From the IMG/VR virus record IMGVR_UViG_3300033233_000034, positions 5,000 to 68,999 of that record: 64,000 nucleotides of DNA; one strand, given 5' to 3'. How positions within the stretch are numbered: the first letter of the stretch is position 1; each line of letters starts with the position of its first letter. This document shows positions 1 through 9,828 of the stretch, in pieces. The stretch is from a virus. Below the pieces are notes generated by a model, which was given only the letters and a program-made list of their open reading frames with translations, made no database searches and was not told where the DNA came from. The position numbers were made by a program, and so were the translations under genes.

Positions 1-10
1 AATAATTCAA

Positions 11-433
11 TTACTTTACGAAGTAGATACAGGTCCAGGTATTTCCTTCAACTCTTAAACCTAACTTTTCAAGGTTTTTGGGTTGGTAGATAGGAAATAA
101 TTTATCAGTGATAGCAAATGGACCTTCTTTTACCATTTCCGGGTATTTTGCAGCCAGAACGTTATAAATAGCGTTTCTGGAAATGCCTTCTTTTCCGGCG
201 TTTTTTACCGCTGCTACAAAATCATCAGTAAGATTAATACGGCCGGCGGTTGTAACTTTAGCGGTAACTTTAGCGAAGTCACCTAAAAGTGCGGTTTTTT
301 GCTCTTCGCTCAATAGCGGGTTACTTTTAACCATTTCAATAAAAAGGTCACTAACTTTAACGGGAGCTTTTTTAGCTACTTTAGCTACATTTTGATTTTC
401 AGCTTCTGCTTTTAACGTTTCTACAGATTTCAT
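11..433 (-). CDS. hypothetical protein (140 aa)
   Basis: Clean ORF with an A/T-rich leader; no recognisable family motif. Confidence 0.7.
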   Translation of the reverse strand: MKSVETLKAEAENQNVAKVAKKAPVKVSDLFIEMVKSNPLLSEEQKTALLGDFAKVTAKVTTAGRINLTDDFVAAVKNAGKEGISRNAIYNVLAAKYPEMVKEGPFAITDKLFPIYQPKNLEKLGLRVEGNTWTCIYFVK

Positions 434-548
434 GATAATAACTTTTATAAATTTTATTTAAAAAATATCTTTCGCCTGATTAACGAAAAAATACTTTTTG
501 TACCCTATGCCGGAAACGATCCGGTATTAATACCATATAGGGTAAAAT

Positions 549-710
549 TCATATTTTTCTTAGTTCTAAACTAAAATTATTAAAACCGTTAATTTTATTA
601 AATCTTATTTCTTTTTCCAGGTACGTTGTACATTCTTTTTTCGTACCTTCCTTTAAAACGGTTTTTGAATTGTTATCGAATACTAGGTAATTAGCTTTTA
701 AATTTTTCAT
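549..710 (-). CDS. small hypothetical protein (53 aa, MKNLKANYLVF...LRKI)
   Basis: Translated by hand; below the ORF-track size cutoff; co-oriented with 11..433. Confidence 0.5.
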   Translation of the reverse strand: MKNLKANYLVFDNNSKTVLKEGTKKECTTYLEKEIRFNKINGFNNFSLELRKI

Positions 711-1651
711 ATTCTTATTTTTTAATTATTCCGAAATATATAAAATGGAATAATACCCTCCTAATTAAAAAGAAGTTATTTTTAACTAAAAATCTAATAA
801 TTGTAATCGTTATAAAAAGTAATCGAATTTAACAATTGTTATAAGCTCGTAAATCGAAAATATAAATAAAAGTAAAATTATTTTTTCTAAAAAAGATAGA
901 GCCTTAAAACGCCTTAAAATACAATTGTTAAAAAATGAAAAAGCGTAAAAGTAAAGAAGTAGATAAATTGATATAATATATAGGTTATTAAAAATTGTTG
1001 TACTAAAGTTGTACTAAATTAATTGAATAGAAGGAATAGATAAAATAAAGGTAAAAATAGCGATTTTAAGCGCGCTCCGATGGATACCAGGTCAAACCGC
1101 TAAAATAAGTCATTTTAACCATTGTACAACAAATAGTAATAAAGTTATGGTATAAAGTTATGGTATAAAGTAAAGTAATTAAATAGAAAGACTGTGGACC
1201 GGCCTGGTTGTCGAATGGTTTATGTCTGAAGGGGGCGTGGAGTACCCCTTACCAAATGTAGAATTTTTTAGACGTTTTTTTAAAAGAGCATAACAAAATT
1301 TCAAAATTTTTACAAGGATTTTTAAAACAACCATTTTAATACATCATAAATAAGTATAAAGACAATATAAGAAAATATTTTAACATAACATAAGATTAAT
1401 AAAAAAGGATTACTATTACCTTACTATATTATATTTATTATATTTATTATAGGTATTATTTTTATATTTTTTAAATATTACGCTACAGTCTTAAAAAATA
1501 ATATAATAGTTAAATAGTTGGTATTTACCTTTTTAGAGGATTGTAAGTACTTTGTATTTAAAAATAAAGTATATTTTATAGTGTAGGTATCAGGAATTAT
1601 TTATATTTTTCGATTTTTAAACCGAAAAACGTACATAGTATATAGTAACTT
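711..1651. other. AT-rich divergent non-coding region (promoters; possible packaging/terminus site)
   Basis: About 940 bp without ORFs between divergent genes, just upstream of terS; GC-rich patch at about 1190-1255. Confidence 0.55.
1141..1171 (+). repeat. 13-bp tandem repeat AAAGTTATGGTAT x2 plus partial copy
   Basis: Read directly from the sequence. Confidence 0.85.
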
Positions 1652-2269
1652 ATGACACGGAATTATAACAATATAGAAGTAGTAGTTAAGAAACAAGGAG
1701 CCCCTACAAAATATAAGGATAGTATGGTGGAGGATATACACCGTTTAGCACGTTTTGGTTGTACAAATGAAGAGATAGCAGAGTTTTTTAAGATTTCAGA
1801 ACAAACTTTCGCAAAGTACGTACAGGAAATACCAGAATTGTATGAAGCACTGCAACAGGGTAGGATGTTAGACTCGATGAAAGTTGTAGACAGTTTACAT
1901 AAACAAGCCCTGGGTTATGAGGTGACAGAGACGGAAGAAGCAGAACACATGGACCGTAATGGTAAGATACATATATTACATAAAACTATAAATAAACACG
2001 TACAACCATCGGTTACCGCTGCAATTTACCTATTAAAGACACGACACGGTGACAAGTGGATGGACATAGTTAAGACCGAGAAAACACAGAACCTTAACAT
2101 AATGGTAAAGAATGTTAATTTCAGTGATGTAAGTATGGAAGAAATGATGCACCTGAAAGCACTTGGAATTAAAAACATACCAGAGGAGTTTAGGAGTACC
2201 AAGATGGTACAACAAAAAGCAGGATTACAAACACAACATGTAGATATACAAGATGTACACGGAAACTGA
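1652..2269 (+). CDS. terS: terminase small subunit
   Basis: N-terminal HTH (GCTNEEIAEFFKISEQTF), AAIYLLKTR motif; overlaps terL. Confidence 0.85.
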   Translation: MTRNYNNIEVVVKKQGAPTKYKDSMVEDIHRLARFGCTNEEIAEFFKISEQTFAKYVQEIPELYEALQQGRMLDSMKVVDSLHKQALGYEVTETEEAEHMDRNGKIHILHKTINKHVQPSVTAAIYLLKTRHGDKWMDIVKTEKTQNLNIMVKNVNFSDVSMEEMMHLKALGIKNIPEEFRSTKMVQQKAGLQTQHVDIQDVHGN

Positions 2270-3809
2270 TACAGTGGAATTAACACGGGTACGACCCAAC
2301 ACACTACCTCCAAAACAGGATAGGATGCTAGAGTCGTTACAAAACCCACTGTTAATAATACGGGAGCTTAACAACCGTAGTTTGTACCATTTTATAGAAT
2401 GGTTTTGGCCCGTAATCTCAAACCAAGAGTTTAGTGGTAATTGGCATATTGAAAAGCTTTGTAAGGAACTAGAGGAAATAGCCACTCGTGTAGGTAACCG
2501 TGAACAAAAACTACATGACCTAATAATAAATATACCACCGGGTACAACTAAGACTATTACTTGCTCAATTATGTTCCCAGCATGGTGTTGGACAAAGTGG
2601 TATTGGATGCGATTTATTACGGCCTCATATTCAAGCGCACTTTCATTGGAATCAGCAGAGTATTGTCGTGACCTGATACGTAGCCCCCAATTTAAGGCTA
2701 TATACCCCGAGATTGATATCAAAGAGGATAAAGACACCAAAACAAACTTTAAGATAATAAAAAAGGATTGGTGGCACGGTAAACCTAATAAGTGTCCAAG
2801 AATACTAAACGGAGGAAATCGTTACACAACATCAGTAGGAGGAACCTTGATGGGATTCCATGCTGATATTATAGTTTGGGACGACCCGATTAACCCTACA
2901 CAGTCTGTTTCGGATAAAGAGCGTGACATAGCGACCAGATGGATAGATCAGACTTTACCTACTCGTAAGACCGATAAGGGAATCAGCGCCGTTGTAGGGG
3001 TAATGCAACGCCTCCATCAGGATGACCCTACCGGACACATCCTTAATAAGAAAAAAGTAAACGTAAGGAACATTTGCTTACCCGGTGAAATACGTAATTA
3101 TCGTGATAAATTAAACCCCCCAGAATGGGCTTCCTATTATAAGGATGATTTATTAGACCCTGTTCGATTATCATGGAAGAATTTAAAAGACCTTGAAGCA
3201 GATTTAGGACAGTATGGTTATGCTGGACAAATTGGACAAGACCCGACCCCCGCAGGTGGGGGAATGTTTAAGGTTGATAATTTTATCTCTGTTCAGAATC
3301 CACCCCCACCTGCAATGGTTATACAAACTGTTCGTTATTGGGATAAAGCTGGTAGTGAAGGTAAGGGAGCTTATACCGTAGGAGTAAAAATGGCTCGACT
3401 AAGAAATGATATTTATATAGTGTTAGATGTAAAGCGGGGACAATGGAGCACTAATCAACGTGAACAGATTATTCGTAGTACCGCAGAAGCAGATGGACGG
3501 GATACTGTTATTTACGTTGAACAAGAACCGGGATCAGGGGGTAAAGAAAGTGCAGAAGGATCAATACGTAATTTAGCTGGTTTTGCTATTTATGCAGATC
3601 GACCTACTGGTGATAAAGTATATAGAGCAGACCCATATTCAGTACAAGTAAATAACGGAGCGTTTCAAATATTAAAAGGGGATTGGAATCATTTGTATTT
3701 AGAAGAACATCGGTTTTTCCCTTATGGAAAATATAAAGATCAAGTGGATGCTTCAGCCGCAGGTGCAAATAAATTATTTGGACGGAAAGTAGTAACGAGA
3801 ATAACGTAA
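2253..3809 (+). CDS. terL: terminase large subunit
   Basis: Walker A-like PPGTTKT, Walker B IIVWDDP, nuclease motifs YWDKAG and DQVDA. Confidence 0.95.
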   Translation: MYTETDTVELTRVRPNTLPPKQDRMLESLQNPLLIIRELNNRSLYHFIEWFWPVISNQEFSGNWHIEKLCKELEEIATRVGNREQKLHDLIINIPPGTTKTITCSIMFPAWCWTKWYWMRFITASYSSALSLESAEYCRDLIRSPQFKAIYPEIDIKEDKDTKTNFKIIKKDWWHGKPNKCPRILNGGNRYTTSVGGTLMGFHADIIVWDDPINPTQSVSDKERDIATRWIDQTLPTRKTDKGISAVVGVMQRLHQDDPTGHILNKKKVNVRNICLPGEIRNYRDKLNPPEWASYYKDDLLDPVRLSWKNLKDLEADLGQYGYAGQIGQDPTPAGGGMFKVDNFISVQNPPPPAMVIQTVRYWDKAGSEGKGAYTVGVKMARLRNDIYIVLDVKRGQWSTNQREQIIRSTAEADGRDTVIYVEQEPGSGGKESAEGSIRNLAGFAIYADRPTGDKVYRADPYSVQVNNGAFQILKGDWNHLYLEEHRFFPYGKYKDQVDASAAGANKLFGRKVVTRIT

Positions 3810-3815
3810 AATAGT

Positions 3816-5285
3816 ATGGAACGGATAAAACCTAAAATAACAGTTAATAAGGAGCAAAGTTTACAAACCTTGGCTTCTGCACTGGTTTCTCGTGCAAATA
3901 TGGCAGCTTCACTGGGACAACAAACCTATGGTGGTAATCGGGATATATACCAAGCTCTTGGATACCCAATAACAATCACATATGAGGATTATGCTGCCCG
4001 TTATTTACGTCAAGATATGGCTAAGGCTGTTATAGACCGTCCTGCAAAAGCCACATGGCAGGGAGAATTAAATCTACAAGAATCAAAAGTAAAAGAAGAC
4101 TCAGCTTTAGAGACAAAATGGAAACTGCTAAATAAACAACTGAAACTGAAATCAAAGTTTAGTCGTGTAGATCGTCTTTCTGCTATTGGTAGTTATGGTG
4201 TTCTACTCTTAGGTTTAGATGATGTTACGAAACGTGAACATTGGAGTAATCCTGTGACAGTAGGAACAAGGAAATTACTATATGTAAAACCTTTTGGTGA
4301 AGGTTCAGCGAAAATATCCTCATTTGAAACCAATCCAGGTAATCCACGCTTTGGGTTACCCCTGATTTATCAGGTTTCATTATCAGAACCCATATCAGGG
4401 ACTACCACAGGTATTACTTCTACTATGTCATCAGAAACTGTTAATGTTCATTATTCTCGTGTTATTCATATTATAGATGATATTTTAGAAAATGAAGTAG
4501 TTGGTACGCCACGGTTAGAGGCTGTTTTTAATCGTTTAATTGATTTAGAAAAAATAGTTGGTGGTGATGCTGAAATGTTTTGGCGAGGAGCACGTCCTGG
4601 ATTTCAAGGCAAGGTGGATAAGGATTTTCAACTCACCACTTCCGCTAAAGCTGATTTACAGGCACAGATAGATGAATATGAGCATAACCTTCGTAGAATG
4701 TTAGTTAATGAAGGGGTTACTTATGAGGCTTTACAACAAGCTATATCTGATCCTACAAATCACGTTGATATTCAGATACAAATGATTTCTGCTGTTACAG
4801 GTATTCCCAAACGTATTCTCACGGGTACAGAACGTGGGGAATTATCATCAGGACAAGATGCTACGGAATATCGTACCTATGTACAGAATCGTAGAGAAGA
4901 TCATGCTGAAACACATATAGTCCGTCCGTTCGTGGATCGTTGTATTGAAATAGGGGTATTACCTAAACCAAAAGTAGAGGAAGAATATAATGTCGTATGG
5001 AGTGATATATTTGCTATTTCAGAAAAAGAATTAGTGGATGTTGGACGTGCTCGAAGTGAGGCTCTTAGGAATTATACTACATCACCTATGGCGGAAGCAG
5101 TAATACCACCAGAAGCATTCAAGGAATTTTTCTTAGGTTTAAATCCAGATCAAATAGCTTTGATGGAAAATATGGATGCCTCTACCGAAATTCGAGAATC
5201 TATGAGTTTATTTGAGCAACAAAATAATCCTTCAGCAGCAGTCCTTACACGGAAAGCAAAACAACCTATTAAAAAAAGTAGTTAA
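3816..5285 (+). CDS. portal protein (DUF1073-type)
   Basis: Follows terL; 489 aa; ISAVTGIPKRILTG...GELSS motif typical of DUF1073 portals. Confidence 0.9.
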   Translation: MERIKPKITVNKEQSLQTLASALVSRANMAASLGQQTYGGNRDIYQALGYPITITYEDYAARYLRQDMAKAVIDRPAKATWQGELNLQESKVKEDSALETKWKLLNKQLKLKSKFSRVDRLSAIGSYGVLLLGLDDVTKREHWSNPVTVGTRKLLYVKPFGEGSAKISSFETNPGNPRFGLPLIYQVSLSEPISGTTTGITSTMSSETVNVHYSRVIHIIDDILENEVVGTPRLEAVFNRLIDLEKIVGGDAEMFWRGARPGFQGKVDKDFQLTTSAKADLQAQIDEYEHNLRRMLVNEGVTYEALQQAISDPTNHVDIQIQMISAVTGIPKRILTGTERGELSSGQDATEYRTYVQNRREDHAETHIVRPFVDRCIEIGVLPKPKVEEEYNVVWSDIFAISEKELVDVGRARSEALRNYTTSPMAEAVIPPEAFKEFFLGLNPDQIALMENMDASTEIRESMSLFEQQNNPSAAVLTRKAKQPIKKSS

Positions 5286-5288
5286 AAA

Positions 5289-6245
5289 ATGACAGATTAT
5301 ACTACATACGTTCCGATAACATATGCTAAGGCTGTTTTTGATCCTACACATACTACTACTCTGCGAAACGCATTTGCAGCGGAAATGGCTCGTAGGTTTG
5401 CACGCCTGTGTATTGCTATTAAGAACAAAATTGTAGATGATGATTGTTTTGGGCTTAATGAAATTAAATTACAAATCAATATTGGGGAATTTAATTTTCC
5501 TCGTTCTGCTGAGAAGGTACAAGCCTTTATGAAGTGGTTACAGCAACAGGTAGATGAAGGTATTTTAAGCATAAAAGTATATGAACAAGTAGGTGAAGCT
5601 ATTGATCGAGCATGGACAAATTTATACATAGTTGATTCGTATAAAAGGGGCATCATTCGGGCAAGATATGAATTACAAAAAGCGGGTTTTAGTAATATCC
5701 CGAGCATAGAAGCTACTGGTGGAGTTCAGATGTCAATGATGATCCCTGTTCATGCTGATAGATTAGGTTTGTTGTATAGTAGGGCATATACAGACTTAAA
5801 AGGAATTACGGCTGCTATGGATACTCAAATCAGTAGGATACTTGCACAAGGTATAGCTGATGGTGATGGTCCAATGCTTTTAGCAAGGAAACTGGTTAGT
5901 ACCATAAACGGCTCAGGTATGGGAGATTTAGCACTAATCGATAAATTAGGTAGATTTATTCCAGCAGCACGTAGGGCGGAAATACTTGCTCGTACGGAAA
6001 TTATTAGAGCACACCATCAAGCCACAATTCAAGAATATCGTAATTGGGGAGTTTGGGGTGTAAATGTATTAGCGGAAATGGTAACAGCTGGGGATGATAG
6101 GGTTTGTACTATTTGTGAGGAATTAACTCTACATAATCCATATACATTAGATGATGCTATGAACTTAATACCTGTTCATCCACAATGTCGGTGCACCACC
6201 ATACCGTTTGAATTAGGTGTTGATACTTTAATTAAAAAGAATTAA
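5289..6245 (+). CDS. minor head morphogenesis protein (Mu gpF / SPP1 gp7-like)
   Basis: ILARTE, DDRVCTIC and PVHPQCRC motifs. Confidence 0.9.
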   Translation: MTDYTTYVPITYAKAVFDPTHTTTLRNAFAAEMARRFARLCIAIKNKIVDDDCFGLNEIKLQINIGEFNFPRSAEKVQAFMKWLQQQVDEGILSIKVYEQVGEAIDRAWTNLYIVDSYKRGIIRARYELQKAGFSNIPSIEATGGVQMSMMIPVHADRLGLLYSRAYTDLKGITAAMDTQISRILAQGIADGDGPMLLARKLVSTINGSGMGDLALIDKLGRFIPAARRAEILARTEIIRAHHQATIQEYRNWGVWGVNVLAEMVTAGDDRVCTICEELTLHNPYTLDDAMNLIPVHPQCRCTTIPFELGVDTLIKKN

Positions 6246-6246
6246 A

Positions 6247-7677
6247 ATGGAAGATTCAAAATTAGGGATTTTAACCAATTTGAAAATAAGTGGTTATTCT
6301 GTTGAGGAAAAAACTCATCAAGAAAAGAAACATTTGGTAGTCCCAGTCACCATGATAGTAGAAGGAGTTCTAGCGGGTAGCCGTGGACCACTTTTACATC
6401 TTGCAGAAGATTTTGGTAAATTTCCTGCTTCATGGGATGGGATACCAATAGTAATAAATCATCCTGAAAAGGATGGTGTAGCTATATCTGCTAATAATGT
6501 AGAAACGATTGATACAGGACTTGTAGGGCGTGTGTATAATGCTTTTATGGATGGGTCAAAGTTAAAAGCGGAAGCATGGCTTGATCCTGAACGTCTTTCT
6601 GTTATTTCCCCAGATACGTTTAGTGCAATAGGTTTAAAACAAGCGATTGAAGTAAGTGTTGGTGTTTTTACTGAAGAGGAAAAAGAACCCGGCACGTATG
6701 GAGACATAGAATATAATGCGATAGCCAGAAATCATAGACCAGATCATTTAGCTCTTCTGCCCGGCGGAGTTGGTGCTTGTTCTTTGAAAGATGGTTGTGG
6801 TATCAGAGTAAATAATAAGCAATTAAAAAAGAAAGGAGAGAATGATGAGATGAATATACTCACACAGGAACAAATAGGAATTTACAACCAAGTAAAGTAT
6901 ATCTTTCGAGGTATTACTGATAATTCCACAGGGGGATTAAAGGAAAAACTGGAAAATTTGCGAAAATTGGTTGATAGTTTGGATAAACCTTCAGATCAAA
7001 TGGGTAACAATGGAGTTTATAATTCGTTGGAAGAAGCCTATGATACTTATTTGATTTATGAACAATGGATGTCTGGTGGAGGTGATGACAAGTGTTTTAA
7101 GCAAGGTTATCAAATAGATGCTACTGGAGAAGCAACTTTCATTGGAGACCCTATTGAGGTAGAAAAGATTGTTACCTATACCCCAGTGATTCAACAGAAT
7201 CAATTCACAAGAGTAAAAATTAATAAAAATAAAAAAGAAAGTATGGATTGTACCCTATGTGTAAAAGCAAAGGTTGATACATTGATCACTAATGCTATAT
7301 TCACGGAGAATGATCGAACAGAACTAGAAACCCTTTCGGAAAAAGTTTTGGATCGAATGATAACTCCACCAACACCAGCTATTGAAGCTCTATCCGCTGA
7401 AGATAAAGCAGCTTTAGATTTTGGAAAAACTCAAATTAAAGCTCAAAGAGATTCTAAAATAGCTTCTATTACCGCTAACACGGCAGAAGGTGTTTGGACT
7501 CCTGAAGTTCTTGCTAGTATGTCGGAAGATATGCTGGACAGAATTGTAAAAACCCTTCCTAAAAATGAGGAAGCACCAGATTATTCTATGCAGGCAGCCG
7601 GAAGGAGTTTACAAGCTAATGCCATTGGTAAAGTAACCCCTTTATACCCTGCTGGAGTTGAGGTTGAAGGAAAGTAA
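6247..7677 (+). CDS. prohead protease/scaffold (DUF2213-like)
   Basis: IVINHP, VSVG and DHLALL..GACS motifs; position before capsid genes; C-terminal helical region. Confidence 0.8.
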   Translation: MEDSKLGILTNLKISGYSVEEKTHQEKKHLVVPVTMIVEGVLAGSRGPLLHLAEDFGKFPASWDGIPIVINHPEKDGVAISANNVETIDTGLVGRVYNAFMDGSKLKAEAWLDPERLSVISPDTFSAIGLKQAIEVSVGVFTEEEKEPGTYGDIEYNAIARNHRPDHLALLPGGVGACSLKDGCGIRVNNKQLKKKGENDEMNILTQEQIGIYNQVKYIFRGITDNSTGGLKEKLENLRKLVDSLDKPSDQMGNNGVYNSLEEAYDTYLIYEQWMSGGGDDKCFKQGYQIDATGEATFIGDPIEVEKIVTYTPVIQQNQFTRVKINKNKKESMDCTLCVKAKVDTLITNAIFTENDRTELETLSEKVLDRMITPPTPAIEALSAEDKAALDFGKTQIKAQRDSKIASITANTAEGVWTPEVLASMSEDMLDRIVKTLPKNEEAPDYSMQAAGRSLQANAIGKVTPLYPAGVEVEGK

Positions 7678-7707
7678 AAAGAATACTAATTTAAAACAAT
7701 AAAGATT

Positions 7708-8166
7708 ATGGCTTACAACACAATTAAAATTAAAAAGTACTCAGACGTAATTGAAGAGTACCCAGCTTTAACCACAACCATTTATCCCGGATATTTGATT
7801 GAAGTTGATGATGCTGGAAAGGTAAAGGTACACGCTACTGCAAATGGTACCGTTTTACCTATGTTTGCTTTGGAGGATGAATTACAAGGTGGTAGTATTG
7901 AAACAGCTTTTGCTGCTCTTGATAGAGTTCAGTGCTGGATTCCCGGACGTGGTGATGTGGTTTATGCACAATTAGCTGATGGTGAAAGTGTAGCAATTGG
8001 TGAGTTCCTTTCCAGTGATGGTACAGGAAAACTTCGTAAGTATGATGCTATTGCTTCTGGTGGAGTAGTCGAAGCTCCTGAATGTATTGTAGGGGTTGCC
8101 CTTGAAGCTGTTGATATGACCGTTTCTACTGATCCTTCTGGACGTATTAAAGTAAGAATTAAATAA
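7708..8166 (+). CDS. capsid decoration/cement protein
   Basis: 152-aa beta-rich protein between protease and major capsid gene; VGVALEA motif. Confidence 0.65.
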   Translation: MAYNTIKIKKYSDVIEEYPALTTTIYPGYLIEVDDAGKVKVHATANGTVLPMFALEDELQGGSIETAFAALDRVQCWIPGRGDVVYAQLADGESVAIGEFLSSDGTGKLRKYDAIASGGVVEAPECIVGVALEAVDMTVSTDPSGRIKVRIK

Positions 8167-8190
8167 TTTAAAGAAAGGAGAAAAATACAG

Positions 8191-9300
8191 ATGGAAGCAA
8201 ATGTAGATTTAATTAGTAATGGTTTGTCACAAGGAATGGTGGCTAATCAAATAGCAAACAATGGTCGTTTGAACTTGGGTCAAATGCGTCCGTTTATTGA
8301 TGCTGATGGTAAACCTTATATTACTACCTATATGGGTGGTGATCCAAAGGCAGCAACAAGTTGGAAAACCGAATTAATAACCAATGCTACTGCTACCCTG
8401 AGAAGGGATGAGTGGAAACAATTGGATGCAGCGATCATGGAACCAGCTCGTTTTCGCCTTGGAGGTATTCAGGATTTGATTGATAAAGGTTTGACTTTTA
8501 ATCTCGGAAATGCAATGGGAACTACCGTGCTGGAATGGCATGATGTTTCTGATGCAATGGAGGCCAGTTTAACAATGGATGGTGTTAGCCGTGGAAATGG
8601 GGATCGTCCAGTTTATCAACACAATTACTTACCTATCCCGATAGTCCATGTTGATTATGAAATCAATGCTCGGGTGTTAGCATCTTCTCGTAGTTTAGGA
8701 AATCCTTTGGATACTACTTCTGCGGAACGTGCTGCTCGTAAGGTTTTGGAGAAACTGGAAGCAATGTTATTCTCGGATACTACTTATTCCTTCGGGGAGA
8801 AAGATAGTCGTTCTAAAAATACCATTTATAGTTATCTAAATCATCCTGATAACAATCTGGTTACTTTGACCCATAGTTGGTCAGCTGCTGGTACGACTGC
8901 TGCTGAAATTCTTGCTGATGTAATGAATATGAAAACGGCCAGTGTTGATGATTATCATTATGGACCTTGGATGCTTTACATTCCTTCTGCCTACGATGCA
9001 AAATTGGATGAAGATTATGGTTCAACAGGAACTACAAATACTTTAACTATTCGTGATCGTATTTTGAAAATTGCGGGCATTACTGGAATCAAAGTAGTTG
9101 ATACTTTAGCTACTGACCATGTTTTGTTAGTTCAAATGACCCCCGACGTTGTTCGTTTGGTTCGTGGTATGGGTTTACAAAATGTAGAATGGGAAACCGA
9201 AGGTAAATTTGTTACCAAATATAAGGTGTTAACTATACAAGTTCCTCAAATTCGCTCAGATCAAAATCTGAGATCAGGTATTGTACTTGGTACACCGTAA
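8191..9300 (+). CDS. major capsid protein (HK97 fold, linocin/encapsulin-like)
   Basis: 369 aa; TLRRDEWKQLD and LPIPIVHVDY motifs; strong SD AAGAAAGGAG at 8171-8180; synteny. Confidence 0.88.
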   Translation: MEANVDLISNGLSQGMVANQIANNGRLNLGQMRPFIDADGKPYITTYMGGDPKAATSWKTELITNATATLRRDEWKQLDAAIMEPARFRLGGIQDLIDKGLTFNLGNAMGTTVLEWHDVSDAMEASLTMDGVSRGNGDRPVYQHNYLPIPIVHVDYEINARVLASSRSLGNPLDTTSAERAARKVLEKLEAMLFSDTTYSFGEKDSRSKNTIYSYLNHPDNNLVTLTHSWSAAGTTAAEILADVMNMKTASVDDYHYGPWMLYIPSAYDAKLDEDYGSTGTTNTLTIRDRILKIAGITGIKVVDTLATDHVLLVQMTPDVVRLVRGMGLQNVEWETEGKFVTKYKVLTIQVPQIRSDQNLRSGIVLGTP

Positions 9301-9354
9301 TCTATTTTAAGGGCTAATCATGCCATTAATTTATAATCATTAAATTAATTTATT

Positions 9355-9825
9355 ATGGAACGTATAAAGAAATCAAAAGTAGTAGAGCAAATAGATGAAC
9401 AAGTAGTAGCTACACCTAAAAAAGCTACAATTACTGTAAAAGAAAAAGAGGATGTTCTTGTTCCTGTTTTAAAGAAAGAAATTGAGGAAGAAGTTGAAGT
9501 AACCACAAAGTTATTATGGAAAAAAATCGGTGGGGGTTCACTCCGTTGGAAAAATCAAATAATTAAGCCTAACCAAGAATTTTGGGCTGATCCATCAGAA
9601 TTACCCCGTACTTTTTTACCTTATTTGAAATGTTTAGAGGCTACTAAATTTGAAGAAATAAAGAGTAAAAGAATATTAGAAAAAACAACTCCTGAAGGAC
9701 TGTATACTTTAGTGGAAAAGAAAAAGGGATTGTGGGCAGTCGTAGGAGCTTCTGGAAAAGCAATAAACGAAACTTTACTAAGTAAAGAAGCAGCAATAGA
9801 ATTATCTAATAATCTTAATACTTAA
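9355..9825 (+). CDS. hypothetical protein after the capsid gene (starts MERIK)
   Basis: ORF; K/E-rich N-terminal half. Confidence 0.7.
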   Translation: MERIKKSKVVEQIDEQVVATPKKATITVKEKEDVLVPVLKKEIEEEVEVTTKLLWKKIGGGSLRWKNQIIKPNQEFWADPSELPRTFLPYLKCLEATKFEEIKSKRILEKTTPEGLYTLVEKKKGLWAVVGASGKAINETLLSKEAAIELSNNLNT

Positions 9826-9828
9826 AAT

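Noticed and set aside
500-2550. Apparent enrichment of GTAC near the left end
   Set aside because: GTAC is also frequent elsewhere (e.g. 7250-8030); significance cannot be judged without counting genome-wide
3816-5285. Anti-CBASS Acb1 label sometimes attached to DUF1073 proteins
   Set aside because: Size, motifs and position after terL indicate a portal protein
8191-9300. Encapsulin/linocin bacteriocin nanocompartment
   Set aside because: The context of terminase, portal, protease and tail genes shows it is the phage major capsid protein
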